Shown here in pieces: positions 40,313 through 52,817 of a stretch of DNA of 64,000 nt. The position numbers were made by a program, and so were the translations under genes. The notes under the pieces are model-generated. The model did no database searches. It was not told where the DNA came from and saw only the letters and a list, made by a program, of their open reading frames with translations. The stretch spans positions 2,534,475-2,598,474 of the forward strand of contig CM119264.1 in NCBI GenBank assembly GCA_051294375.1. Direction: 5' to 3'. Numbering within the stretch: position 1 is the first letter of the stretch; every line of letters starts with the position of its first letter. Origin of the DNA: Paraspadella gotoi. Lineage: Eukaryota; Animalia; Chaetognatha.

Positions 40313-40352
40313 ATGCAGACATGTTTCGACTCTGAGTCTTCATCAGCGCTTT
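40313..40352 (-). ncRNA. Minimal type I hammerhead ribozyme motif (Penelope-like-element type)
   Basis: Minus strand reads aagcg-CTGATGA-a-gactc-a-gagtc-GAAA-catGTC-tgcat: conserved CUGAUGA and GAAA boxes, stem II gactc/gagtc, palindromic ACATGT stem III, GUC cleavage triplet; stem I is only ~3 bp. Confidence 0.65.
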
Positions 40353-40744
40353 GAACAGTCAAAAAAAAATAGTCCATTTAATTCTTTAGAAATTTTAATG
40401 TTCACTAAAAAAGGACGATCGTAAAACATGTCTAGTCGGGGATTGTATACAGACGTTTGATCCACATCAACTTACTTAGTGGCAAGTACTTAGTAACAAG
40501 ATATAGATATTCACTTTCACTATTTATCTATAGTAACATGTAAATTACATTAGTAAAACAAAAGACACTATAAACGCATATAGTGTTATTATTGGTTCTC
40601 ATTGTTATCTACATTTTCATTGTTAAGTCTTTTACATTTCACAAAGTATTTCTCTTCACATCGTTTATGTTTAGTACTTTATTTGTTGATCTTTATTGAA
40701 TCTGTTAATGTTTATTAGCCGATAAGTATGACTCCTCCAATCGT

Positions 40745-40895
40745 TCATTGAGTAAAGCCATCAGCTCATGATCATTAAGTACCGGGATCGATCCCCAGCG
40801 GGAAGCGTGAGGAAGGCCGTAAACCGCCTTGGGGGCCTGGAACACCCTAAAGCCTGGTTCCAACGGCTGCTAGAGGTGATTAAAGAAGTTGCGAA
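40745..40895 (+). mobile_element. Degenerate copy of tRNA-headed SINE-like repeat (family A)
   Basis: tcattgagtaaagccatcagctcatga..gtaccggg..gcgggaagcgtgagga.ggccgtaa.ccgccttggggg aligns with the copies at 45138-45420 and 51205-51628. Confidence 0.75.
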
Positions 40896-41639
40896 TATCT
40901 CTCTTTAGCCCACGATCCCCGTTTCCCACAACAATCATTATTCACCCCAAACTTTCGGTTACACTGAAGGCTGAAGGGGTCAAGAGTTCGCGCCCTCGAG
41001 CGGCCGATTCAAACAAACAAAACAACAAAACAGGAAGAAAGAAAACAAAAACAAGAAAAGAAAAGGAAAACCAGATGCGAGAATAAATAAGAGGGAAATC
41101 GGGGGTCGCGTTGGTGGCGTCGGTGGTCGCGGTTGGGGGGGGGGGAGGAGGGTCGGTTGTGGCGACGGAGAAATTCGAAAGAAACGCGAAATGTCAGAGA
41201 TGGCGTTGGTCGTCGTCGTCGTCGTCTTCGCGGTCGTCGCGTGGTCAACGAGAATCATATAAATACTATTTAAATTATTTGTTTAATACTAGTATAATTT
41301 ACTCATTGATGTTATTCGAGTTGAAACAGAAAATACATAGTATAAGGCATTTAGCTAAAGTTCTATTTAAACTTTCGCGCCTAAATTGAATGGCGGGAAA
41401 AACAAGAGGAAGTTAAAACTTAAAGAAAATACTATACTATGTACCTAGTTCCGATTGATATCTTCCTTGATTTCTGTCTTCTTCATGACGGGGTATACAA
41501 AGAATTCCCTCAAATAAATAAAATTTCACTCATTTTAACAAAAAAATTGAAAGATCACAATTTATTTAATTTCACCTTTTGACTTCAAATTCGTTATGAA
41601 TTGCAAATACAATTCCTATTATGTATCACCACCAGAGTC

Positions 41640-41790
41640 TTGATTGAAAGCTTGCAGGGACCTGCTATGTCATTATCTTGTAAGAGTGATGGAGGCCTTA
41701 AATCACCAAAGCCTGTCTTAAGTCAGGGGCAAGATAGCTTATTTATTAAATGAATGGATAATTTTTATATTGGTTGTACCAATTTCATAT
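41640..41790 (+). repeat. Representative copy of dispersed repeat family B (150-250 bp)
   Basis: gaaagcttgcagggacctgctatgtcattatcttgtaagagtgatggaggcctta..gcctgtc..aagtcaggggcaagatagc..tatattggttgtaccaat also occurs at about 13735 (partial), 32200, 32480, 35970, 36235, 44735, 52105, 62881 (inverted) and 62993. Confidence 0.85.
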
Positions 41791-41982
41791 AATTATTCAA
41801 TAAATAAGATCACTTTAGAGAGGCTATATTTTATGGCTGTAATTAGAATCATTACTGATTTAGTGATTAAATTAAGACTCACAATTCATATTCTTTCCAT
41901 TTTCCTACAAGCAATCATTCCATCAATCAATCTCTGTCCTTTCGACATCAAATTTCTTAATCTAATCGTTTGACGATCAATC

Positions 41983-44480
41983 TCAAACCGCTCGTCGAAA
42001 AGCCTCAAGTCCTTCGTCAAATCCGGCTGCCTTGACAACCTCTTCCAACTTCTCAACATCTTTGGTCGACAACTTCGTTGCGTGAGATGAGATCCGCTTT
42101 TGACTGTAGGGACTCGAGCGTTGAGAGTCGCGCTGCATCGTGGACGCTTCAGCTGTCTCAGCCGCAGCCTCTAACTCTCCACAATACTCCAGCGTCTTCA
42201 CAATCCACTTCTCTGCATCCGCGATAAAATCCTCAAACCGAATTGCTAGGAACTTCCCCTCGAACTCCTTCCGTCTCCGCAGCTCCATCAGCGTCAACAT
42301 CCCCGTCAAGTAGAACATGTAGAAGTGGCCTGTCAATGACGTCCTTCCCAGCGGCAGCTCGAGACCCTCGGGAGTTGTCCGGACAAGCTGCTTGTCCAAA
42401 TGCCAGTCCAACTTGCTTGTCCAATCGAAGCGGCGTTGCCACTTGACATCGTCGGCGATGAGGCGTTGGAGACCGGAAGTGGCGATATCTGGCATGGAGG
42501 CGTCAACGCGATAGTGGAAGGAATCCGGGAAGAAGAGGCCGATGAAGGGGAGTTGGTTGGCAAAGGCCTTGGGGAGAGCGGGGGGGTTTCTTTTCTTTCT
42601 TCTTTTCTACTTTATCACTTTCTTTCCTTTGATTTTCTTTTCTTTCTCTTTCTGTCTTATTAAATATTTTTCTGAACTTTTCTTTCAAATTCCTTTCCTT
42701 TCCTTTTTCTTTCCATCTTCTTACTTCCTTTCAACTTTCCTTTTTAATGACTCCCTCTCTCATCACCTCTCACCATCTCCGCTTTCTCCTCTCTCTCTTC
42801 TCAACTCCTCTACTTCTTAGCCCCCTTCTTCTCTTTCAACCCTCTCTCTCTTTTCATTCCTCTCTCCTCTAACTTCCCTCTTCCCCCTCCTCCTCCAACC
42901 TGCGCGTCCGCATCGATTTCCGTAATCAACCTCAACCAAGAATTCATCATCTCCTCTGGACCACGATACGTGAAGAGAAATCGCGCGTCAAAGGGCCACG
43001 CCTCTTTATCATCCATGGCGTCGGCCAGAAGCCACGGGGTCACCGCGGGAAACTTGAGGGCGACGATATTGATGCCTGGTCTCCTCCAGAGGGCCTTGAC
43101 AACAAAGAGGAGCGCCGGTTGGAAGAGGCACGCCCTGTCAGCGTCCCCGACCGTCATGGCGGCGATATTAAGAAAAGCCGGATGTTCACAGATTGTCTGA
43201 CTTCCGGGGATGCGCTCAAAACGCTGCAGAGTTGCGGTGGTGCCGCTGCGGGGTACGCCGGCAATGAAGACTACCTGGGGAGATTTTGTAAGGGGGTTGT
43301 TTTATCTTTTTCAAAGTTTGTCATATTTTTGCCTTTTTTCTTTCATTTTTATCCTGGTTTTGTAAAATTGAATAACCTGTTCAGTTGTTTGTTTCAGAGT
43401 TATGATTTTGGCAGATTTAATAGTTTAATTTGGTCTTTACATGTTTTTTTAATTTTTTTATAATTTTTTTTATTTTATTAATTTTTTCTTCTTATTTTAT
43501 ATTATTGGCATGTAAAGACCAAATCAAACTATTAGCCTGTTCAGTGTTCAATGTTCTTAGCTTGTCTATTGCTGGTCTAGTGTCCAAGTTTACAGGGATG
43601 ATTTTCATGAATGGATAATTTTTATATTAGTTGCACCAATTTTATACTATTCTCTAGAGTTTAACAATCAATAATATATAAACACAACACATTAATACAC
43701 AATTTCTTTTACCTTCTTCTTCGCCTTATCTTCAGCGGCATTAAGTTTGTTGACTTCCTCGGTCGCTATGCGACGAAAAACCGAGAGAGGGATGAGGCCG
43801 AACTCGATGGCATAAGCGGGGATGGGGTGAAAACAAAAGGCGCCAACATTTGAACTGTAAACGTCCACACCTGAAGATGGTGGGAAAGAGAAGAAAAGGT
43901 ATTTTGAGTCGCAAAATGTAATTTGAAAAAAGATGCTTTTCTAATTTTTTTACATTCAAATTTATACTTTAGCTTCGGCCCAAAAGAAATAATAAAACAA
44001 AAGGTATTCGGAATCAAATTATTAATTTAGATTATAATACATTCATAAAAAGATTAAGAAATAAGTGTAAAATTGCATTTGAATTTAGTCAAGTTGGAAA
44101 TATGAACCGCGACAACCAGTCTGTTCCCAGCCACATCGATTATTGTGTATGGCGTCACCTTTTTTAGTCCTCACAAAAACGGCGCCCTCTTCCGACAGAT
44201 GGAACAGGTGCACGTTGGGATCATCCCATGCAAATTTTTGCACATCCTCAAAGCGCGCGTGGAGATGCAGGACGCAATTGAAGGTGTCACCGATGCCGGC
44301 ACGGAGAACATGACGCCAGATGATGCGACGAACGTTGACGATGTTGTCATTATCGTTGTTGTTGTTGTCAAAGAGGGAAGAGACGCAACGTGCGAATTGG
44401 AAGAGATGGAGGAGAGGGAGGAAGATGAAGAAGTGGATGAGGAAATGAAGGACGACCGACCAAGAATGGCCCGCCGCCAT
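41983..44480 (-). CDS. Sulfotransferase-fold protein, paralog A (exons 44159-44480, 43713-43870, 42900-43274, 41983-42567)
   Basis: Clean spliced ORF of about 479 aa: N-terminal hydrophobic anchor (VVLHFLIHFFIFLPLLHLF), PAPS 5'-phosphosulfate-loop-like FIAGVPRSGTT, 3'-phosphate-motif-like FLFTYRGPEEMMNSW, and AIRFEDFIAD. All introns are GT-AG in compatible phase. Confidence 0.8.
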
Positions 44481-45137
44481 CTTTGTTTTTGTTGCTGTTG
44501 TTATAACTTGAGGAATATGTTGCAGATATGTATATTCAATAAAATCTATGAAAAACAGTTTTTGTTAGCAAACAATAATTTTATTGGTTGTTTGCTAACA
44601 AAAACCATTTTTCCTAAATTTCAAAATGCAACGAAAAGAAAGAAACTTAACATAATAAAATCTACAAAATAGAATACATCCTTTGAAACATTATAGGTAG
44701 TATTAGGTACACTTCAATGAAGGGAAGCCAGGTACATTGAGATTGCAGGATCCTGTTATGTTATTATCTTGTAAGAGGGATGAGACTTTGAAGCACCATA
44801 GCATGTTCAAAATGAGGGGTAAGATAGCTATATCGCTAGATCAAAAAAGCCAGTAGTTTTTTATAAAATTTTTATATTGGAAGATGTGAAATGACGAAAC
44901 AAAAGGAAAGCGGAATCAAATTGTGGAGTAATCGTAGGAAACCCTTTTTTTCCACATTTTTGCCTTTTACAATTTTTGCCAATTTTTGACTTCCTCTTAC
45001 AAACTTATAATTCAGCCAGCTTTTTTTTATTCAATGAGCAAAAGGAATACACAACTTTCCATTCTTTAATGAATTCCAAGGAGAAAAATACAAAGAATTA
45101 CATTAATATCAAGATATTATAAAAGTGTATTATCTGT

Positions 45138-45420
45138 GGATAAGGCGCTACGTGGGCTGAAGATGACTGTCCGTAACTTCTATAACCCCCTCTAGCAGCC
45201 ATGGAACGGGTCCCTGGGCTTGGAACCAGGCTTGAGGGTTTGCCATGCCCCCAAGGCGGCTTACGGCCGTCCTCACGCTTCCCGCAGGGTAGGTACCGGG
45301 TTGGGATTGAACCCGGTACCTAGTGGTCATGAGCTGATGGCTTTACTCAATGAGCCACCGGGTCACAACTGAAAGTGTCATGATTCTAGGCGGGGTGAAC
45401 CTAGGCAATGCCCGATTACA
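45138..45420 (-). mobile_element. tRNA-derived SINE-like element (family A), best-preserved copy
   Basis: Minus strand: tgtaatcgggcattg..(~55 nt leader)..gacccggTGGCTCATTGagtaaagccatcagCTCATGAccactaggtaccgGGTTCAATCCcaa (A-box, CAT anticodon-like loop, B-box) followed by a ~155-nt body shared with other copies. Confidence 0.75.
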
Positions 45421-45831
45421 TATCTTGTAAAGCCTGGGAGAGTTTATTTAAAAAAATAGACTCATTTCAATATTAAAATATAACATTAAAGTGAAGAGGT
45501 TTAACGTCTTCCGGCTCTCTTTAGTAAATGACCCTGTTTTCTAAAATTAAATAATGTTTTCTTTTTGATATTGGTAAGAAAGTTAAATACTAAGACTGTG
45601 AAGGGTGACAAATACTTTGTAAAATTTTGCAAGCATGCTTGTTAGGTCAAACAAGCAAAAATTTTAATCAAAAAGTCTACATTTTTTTATTTAAAAAACC
45701 TTACGTAGAATCATCCTCACTGATTGAATTAAGACTCACAATTCATTTTTGTTCTATTTTCCTTCAATCAATCAATCAATCAAACTCTGTCCTTTCGTCA
45801 CCAAATTTTTTAATCTAATCGTTCAACAATC

Positions 45832-48800
45832 TCAAACCACTCGTCGAAAAGCCTCGAGTCCTTCATGGAATCCCGCTGCCTTGACGACCTCTTCCAACTT
45901 CTCAACATCTTCGGTCGACAACTTTGTCGCGTGAGATGAGATCTGCTTTTGACTGTAGGGACTTGAGCGTTGAGAGTCGAGCTGTATCGTGGATGCCGCC
46001 GCCATCGCCGCAGCCTCCGACTCCCCGCAAAACTCAAGCGTCTCCACAGTCCACTTCTCTGGATCCGCTATAAAATCTTCGAACCGAATCGCAAGGAACT
46101 TCCCCTCGAACTCTTTCCGTCTCCGTAGTTCCATCAGCGTCAATATCCCTGTCAAGTAGAATGTGTAGAAGTGGCCTGTCAACGATGTCCTTCCCAGCGG
46201 CAGCTCAAGACCCTCAGGGGTTGTCCGGATGAGCTGCTTGTCTGGACGCCAGTCCAACTCGCTCGTCCAATAGAAGCGGCGTCGCCACGCGACATCGTCA
46301 GCAATGAGGCGTTGGAGACCGGAAGTGACGATGTCCGGCATGGAGGCATCGAGGCGATAGTGAAAGGAATTCGGGAAGAAGAGGCCAATGAAGGGGAGTT
46401 GGTTGGCGAAGGCCTGGGAGGTGGGGGGTTTCTTTTATTTTCTTATTTTTTTCTTCTTTTATTTTCTTCTATTTTCATTTTTATCTCATCAATCAATTTC
46501 CTTTATTTTCTTTTTCTTTTCTTTTCTTCTCTTTTTTTATATCTTATCAATTCCTATCCTTTTTTTCCTTTTCTTTTCTTTTTCTCTCTTCCCTTTGTCT
46601 TATTAAATCTTTTTCTTTCCTTGTCTTTCCTTTTCTTTTTCAATGACTCTCTCCCTCTCTCTTCTCCTCTCACCATCTCCTCTTTCTCCTCTGCCGCCTT
46701 CTTCTCCTTTCTTTTCTTTCTCTCAACCCATTCTCTCTTTTCATCCCGCTCTTCTCCTCCCCTGTCTTCCCCTCCCTCCCTCCAACCTGCGCGTCCGCAT
46801 TGATTTCTGTAATCAACTTCAACCAAGAATTCATCATCCCCTCTGGACCGCGATACGGGAAGAGGAATCGCGCATCAAAGGGCCACGCCCCTTCACCATC
46901 CATGGCGTCAGCCAGAAGCCACGGTGTCACCCCAGGAAACTTAAGGGCGACGACATCGACGCCTGGTCGCCGCCAGAGGGCCTTAACAACAAAAAGGAGC
47001 GCCGGTTGAAAGAGGTGCGCCCTGAAGGCATCGCCGACCGTCATGGCGGCGATATTAAGAAAGGCTGGATGTTCGCTGATCGTCTGACATCCGGGGATGT
47101 GCTCAAAACGCTGCAGGGTCGCGGTGGTGCCGCTGCGGGGTATTCCAGCGATGAAGACCACCTGGAGGGATTTTGGAAGAAGGTTGTTTTCCTTTTTTTG
47201 AAGTTTTTAATTTTTTATTTCATTTTGTAAAATTTAATAGCCTGTTCTTATTGCATGCATAGATAATTTTTATATTGATTGCACTATTCTCCAGTTTAAC
47301 AATATATGCTATACAAGCACAACACATTAATAAACAACGTCTTTTACCTTCTTCTTCGCCTTATCTTCGCAGGCATTAAGTTTGTTGAGTTCATCGGTCG
47401 CTATGCGACGAAAAACAGAGAGAGGGACAAGGCCGAACTCTATGGCGTAAGCGGTGATCGGGTGAAAACAAAAGGCGCCAACGTTTGAACTGTAAACGTC
47501 CACTCCTGAAGATGGCGGGAAAGAGAAAAGGTATTTTGAGTCGGAAGATGAAAATTTTAAAAAGATGCATTTATAATTTTATTACATTCAAATTTATAGG
47601 GGTGGGACCATATTTTGAGACAAAAGTTAATGTCCTGCCCAGCCTGCCCTGTCTGAACCATTTGAGTTACAATAATAAAATGAGGGACAAAAGTATTTTC
47701 TGGTTATTTACTTTTATTTACAATGAAACAAAATAATTTTTTTAGCTTTGAGGATGTTATCAAAACATTTAGCTGTTTTTATGCGCGCGCATTGTATTGC
47801 ATACGATAAAAGCCATACTTATTAATGTTTTTCAGTGGTCGTTTCTGAACATGCCAGTGTTATGTCTTATCTTCAATTGACCTTATTTTAATCGTTTCAT
47901 CACAATCCAAATTAAACCTATTTAATTTTTTTTCAGGTAAGAAAAAACTTTAAGAAGATTTTAACAAATGTGCTTAAATCTTCAAATACTTTATGTATTT
48001 CTTACCATTTTGACGTCTTAGAATAAGATTTAAACAATAAGTATTCAAACATTGGATCAAAGTGATGAAAAAGTTATGCCTCTCTCTCTCTTTTACATTT
48101 TTTGGTCGATCGCGAGTCCACGAATTCTTTAGTATTTAACCAATTTGACCGGTCGGTTCTATGTCCGGTCACTACCGTTTACTGGTCTCTATTACGGCTG
48201 TCAATTTTTGGAGAGAGAGAGAGAGAATTCTGATTAAGACTCATATGAAACACGTCGCTCGTCCAAAATACAGTTTTACTAGACTTTTATGGACTTATTG
48301 AGAAAATACATTTTATGGAATATACTTCGCGACCTTTTCTCCATAACTCATCAGTCGCAGGTCGCACAGCTTCTTGCGAAAATTTTATTCACGCTCTTCT
48401 CATGCAAAATTATTTATCTTGTGACCAAAAATTTTACTCTGTCTGATTACTAACATATGCCTTATATTCGAAAGAACATAGGTTTTTTTACCATGACTGT
48501 TTTTAATCAGTAAGATCGCAAAGATAATCAAAATATATAAAAAATCAGGCTAAAAGTAGCTTAAAACGGTGACAAAATTTCATACCATCGTCATTGTAAT
48601 TAATCTGGGTTAAACTTGTTGAATTAAAAAAGTTATATTCAAACTCAATTTACAACTAGAGATCAAGAGCTATCTTTTAAACCTATTATTTTTTCATTTA
48701 AAGGAAATTAAGGCATAACAATCAACCAAATATCTCTAAAATCAGAATGACAAAACAATATTGCTTTTTCTAGTTTTTGTATTCATTGTGGCTGTGACTT

Positions 48801-51800
48801 GTTTGGCGTTTTAAGAAAGATCTAAGAGACATTTTTTGGGAAAAGCATCTTCTTAGAAACTTTAGGTATAAATTTTTATAAAAATATTTTAAAATTTAGT
48901 ATACTAAAATGATTTTAATTAATTAAAAAAAGTTGAATATTTAAATTTTCGAAAAAAACATTTGTCTCATGGAGAATTATAAATAAGGAACTTGAGAAAT
49001 AATTTTGCATTTTGAAAAAAATCAGATTTTTCCCAATCGATTTTGTCACAATCTGATATTTTTATTTTTTGATTTATTTATTTTTTATCAAAATTATAAT
49101 TCTTCGTTAGCATGGTCTGAAAAAGTTTTTTTTTAATTTTTCGTTTTTTCTTTTTTTTTTTTCTTTTATGTTTTCCATAAGTATTCAAGAGGGATTTGGA
49201 GGACAGTTTTTCTTATCTTATGTATTGTGATCATTTGCTATTAATTTTTTATGAATCATTGCTTTAATAATAATACTGGTAATGTGTGTAATGTAATGTA
49301 AGTGAGCAAAAGTTCTGAAATTGATGCAGAAACAAAGAGAAAGCGAATAGAGAGAGTGAGGCAAAGAGTGAGAGCAAGAGAGCAAAAGCTAAAGTGAGAG
49401 AGAGAATTCTGATTGTTGTTTAAGATGCGAAGGTTGCACGTTTGAGGCTATCACAAATATTTTTTTTTTCGTAACCAGGAGACATCAGATAAGAAAGATA
49501 TTTTATGTGACTGAAAAGTGAAATCGCGGCACTGGTTAAGGAAGAAAGAGAGGAGAGACAGAAAGAAGGTCAGCAACTGTATGGACAACAAAGTGACCAA
49601 CAGTAATGAACTCTATGGTAAAAACTTATCCTGAGCTCTAATTTTCAATCCAGATCATAGACTATGGATATGAATATAATTAATAAGTGGTTGATTATAT
49701 CAATAAATATATGTATTGCAGGACTACCCAAGGCCCACCTATTACTAAAATTTAAAACCATAATATTCACAAAATAAGGAAGTTATGTATCATTGAAAAA
49801 ATGACCCATCTAAAATATTAGCACTGATAAATATGGAAAAAACTTTTTGATAGTAACAATATTTCTACAGAAGTTTACAAACCCTCTTGAGTACAAGTTA
49901 GCAAAATTTTAAGAAAAAAAATTTAAAATATATTAAAGCTAAGCAAGTTTTTTTAAAAAAAAATTTGACCCAATTTTTAAGTAGTTTAAGATTATTTTTT
50001 GAAAAAATTGCTTAAATGGGCAATAGCCAGACATCCAGGCAACGTCCTATAAAATCCTAAAGCCATTTATCCTATAAATGGAAAAGTTATCCCATGTATA
50101 GATTTACGACATTCTAGGTTTCCAGTACTGTAGTAAATATAAATTGAAGATTAGCTTTAGTCAAATAAAAATCGACCGTATATAACGAAAATAAAAAAAG
50201 TTTTTGATAGACTTGCGTGGCTCTTAATCTCGGCGCATCTAAAAATAATATTAAAAAATACAAATTAAATTAATAAATTAAAAATGATCTTTACTTTTCT
50301 ATTAAAACCTACTTCTACTAGCTTGATTCCATTGAAACTTGAATTCCAGCTCAATGAACTAGTTTTTTAATCACAGACAAAATTTCAACTCAATTGATTC
50401 ATCCAAACATAAGTAATAAGACTTTAAAGGTACTGGAGAAAGGATGGACAGACAGACATATGGACAGACAAATGTTTGAAGTTTTTTGATATCAAACGAC
50501 AGCTTAAACAGAGGAGATTCGATTGCATTGGTTTTTAAGAGATATGTTTTCACATGTTAAAGAATAAACCAATCTTCTTTTTAGTTTGAAATTCTGTCAG
50601 CATTTATGTATTTAACTGTATCTTGAGAGCTTTAAGAGATTTTGCATTAATTTTTCTACATAACATTCAGGGAGTAATGCCCTCGGATGAGAAACAATAA
50701 AAAATGAAAAAATCAATACTGAAATTTTTTAACTCATAGTTTTTTCTACGAGACTGTACATCGCGTCATATAGAGATTGAGAGACTCTTTAACAATTCCT
50801 TCCCTAATCCTCCATCGTCAAACTTCACGGTCGGGCGATGTCTTAAACGCACGAAACTGCGGGCGTGAAGAAAGAAACTTCTTCACACAAAGAATTTAAA
50901 AAAAATTAATATATCGTCTAAAAGCTAAGAAAGAGTCTTATACAAATATTTATTCAGATTTTAAAAATCATTAAGAGTATTAGAGTAATGATTTTTTACA
51001 TTTTGCCTGGATATAGGGTCCCACCCCTGTATACTTTAGCTTCGGGACAAAAGAAGGCTAATAAAATAAAAATTCGGAATCAAATTATTTAATTAGTTAT
51101 AGCACGATAAAAAAGAAATTAAGAAATTAAATTTGAGTTGAATTTAGTCTAGTCAGAAATATGAACTACGACAACGGGTCCGATCCCAGCCACATCGATA
51201 TCGCTGTAGTCGGGAATTGCACAAGTTCACCCTGCCTATAAGCATGTCACCTTCAGTTGTGACCCGGTGGCTCATTGAGTAAAGCCATCAGCTCATGACC
51301 ACTAGGTACCGGGTGAGCCGGACGTAATAAAGCATGGATAAGGCGCTAAGTAAGCTGAAGAGTGCTATCCTCAACTTTTTTAACCCTTCTTGCAGCCATG
51401 GAATGGGTCTTGAACTTGGAACCAGTTTGATGGTTTTCCACGCCCCAAGGTGGTTTACGGGAGTCCTCACACTTCCCACAGAGTAGGTATGGGATGGGAT
51501 TGAACCCAGCACCTAGTGGTCATGAGCTGATGGCTTTACTCAATGAGCCACCGGATCATGACTGAAGGTGTGATGCTTAGGCGGGGTGAATTTATAGACG
51601 GGGTGAACTTATGCATTGCCTGACTACATTGTGGACGGCGTCACCTTTTTTGGTCCTCACAAAAACGGCGCCCTCTTCCGACAGGTGGTACAGGTGCACG
51701 TCGGGATCGTCCCACGCGAATCGGCGCGCATCCTCAAAGCGCGCATGGAGGTGCAGGACGCAATCAAAGGCGTCGCCAATGTTGGTGCGGAGAACGTGAC

Positions 51801-51969
51801 GCCAGATGACGCGACGAACGTCGACAATGTTGTTGTTGTCGTAGTTGTTGTCATTGTTGAAGAGGGAAGAGAGGTGACGCGCGAATTCGAAGAGATGGAG
51901 GAGAGGGAGGAAGATGAAGAAGTGGATGAGGAAATGAAGGACGACCGACCAAGAATGACCCGCCGCCAT
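45832..51969 (-). CDS. Sulfotransferase-fold protein, paralog B (exons 51645-51969, 47348-47505, 46787-47161, 45832-46413)
   Basis: Same exon structure as paralog A (internal exons 158 and 375 bp in both); FIAGIPRSGTT, YRGPEGMMNSW, AIRFEDFIADPEKW. Open frame; intron 1 enlarged by two insertions. Confidence 0.8.
47597..51029. mobile_element. Non-autonomous TIR DNA transposon (Tc1/mariner-like), 3.4 kb, TA target-site duplication
   Basis: Left TA|taggggtgggacc..., right ...ggtcccacccctg|TA; paralog A intron 1 shows the empty site aaattTAtactttagcttcgg at about 43958. No transposase ORF in the track. Confidence 0.85.
51205..51628. mobile_element. 424-bp foldback element with ~110-bp inverted arms (TGTAGT...ACTACA) built from family A heads
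   Basis: 51205-51313 is the reverse complement of about 51503-51628. It is absent at the equivalent site of paralog A (cacatcgat-tattgtg at about 44132-44147). Confidence 0.8.
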
Positions 51970-52439
51970 CTTTGTTGTTGTTGTTGTTGTTGTTGTTATA
52001 ACTTGGGGAATACGTTGCAGTTACGTATTTTTAATGAAATCTACAAAATAGAATACATCCTTTGAAACATTATACGCACACTTCATTGAAGGGAAGCCAG
52101 GTACATTGAGAGATTGCAGGGTCTTGTTATGTTATTATCTTGTAAGAGGAAAAGAGAACTTGAATCACCATAGCATGTTCAAAGTCAGGGGAAAGATTTC
52201 TCATTTACAAAGCGAATGAATAATTTTTTTAATGGTTGTTCCAATTTCATAAATATTTCATGAAGTTAAAAAAAAACTTATATTCAGTAATTTCGGGTGA
52301 AGTGAAAGTTTGGAATCAAAATTTAGCAGTTAAATCTTAAAAACTGTCATATTAATGAATACTAATCTATAATTTTTCTTTTTTTTATGAATATAGTAGC
52401 CCAGTCAGCTTAATTTGTATATAGTACTACCCTTATATA

Positions 52440-52685
52440 ATTCTGAGAACAGATTCAGATTTCCCGTAAAAAGTTGATAGAAGAAAATATAAATCTTTTT
52501 AAAAAATTATGTTAGTAAGTAGGTTAAAATTATAAAAAACTATATTTTTAAGTCGGAAATTAAAAATTGGCATCTTAAATATAGTTTTTTACATTTTTGG
52601 CCAACTTAATGAAAGAATTTTTAAAAAAGAATTATACTTTCTTATATCAAATTTTTGCAAGGAATCCAAATCCGATCTTAAAATT
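52440..52685. repeat. Degenerate AT-rich foldback (MITE-like)
   Basis: aaaaaactatattttt.ag (~52534) / cttaaatatagtttttt (~52574); tcttttt..aaaaaatt / aatttttaaaaaaga; agattcagatttcc / ggaatccaaatccg. Confidence 0.55.
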
Positions 52686-52817
52686 TTAAAATTTGTATTT
52701 TGAAATTTTAGCTTATTATATACTTATTACTATGTATATTGCTCACTGGTGCCCACTAATGTATAAAATTAAAAAATATCGGATCAGGCATGACCAGCGC
52801 ACCAAAAGTCAGAGCGG

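Noticed and set aside
45295-45364. Possible tRNA-Met gene
   Set aside because: Anticodon and T stems do not pair properly and it is embedded in a multi-copy repeat: a SINE-like head.
48230-48256. Second hammerhead-like motif (ctgattaagactcatatgaaacacgtc)
   Set aside because: CUGAUGA core is mutated and stem II cannot form.
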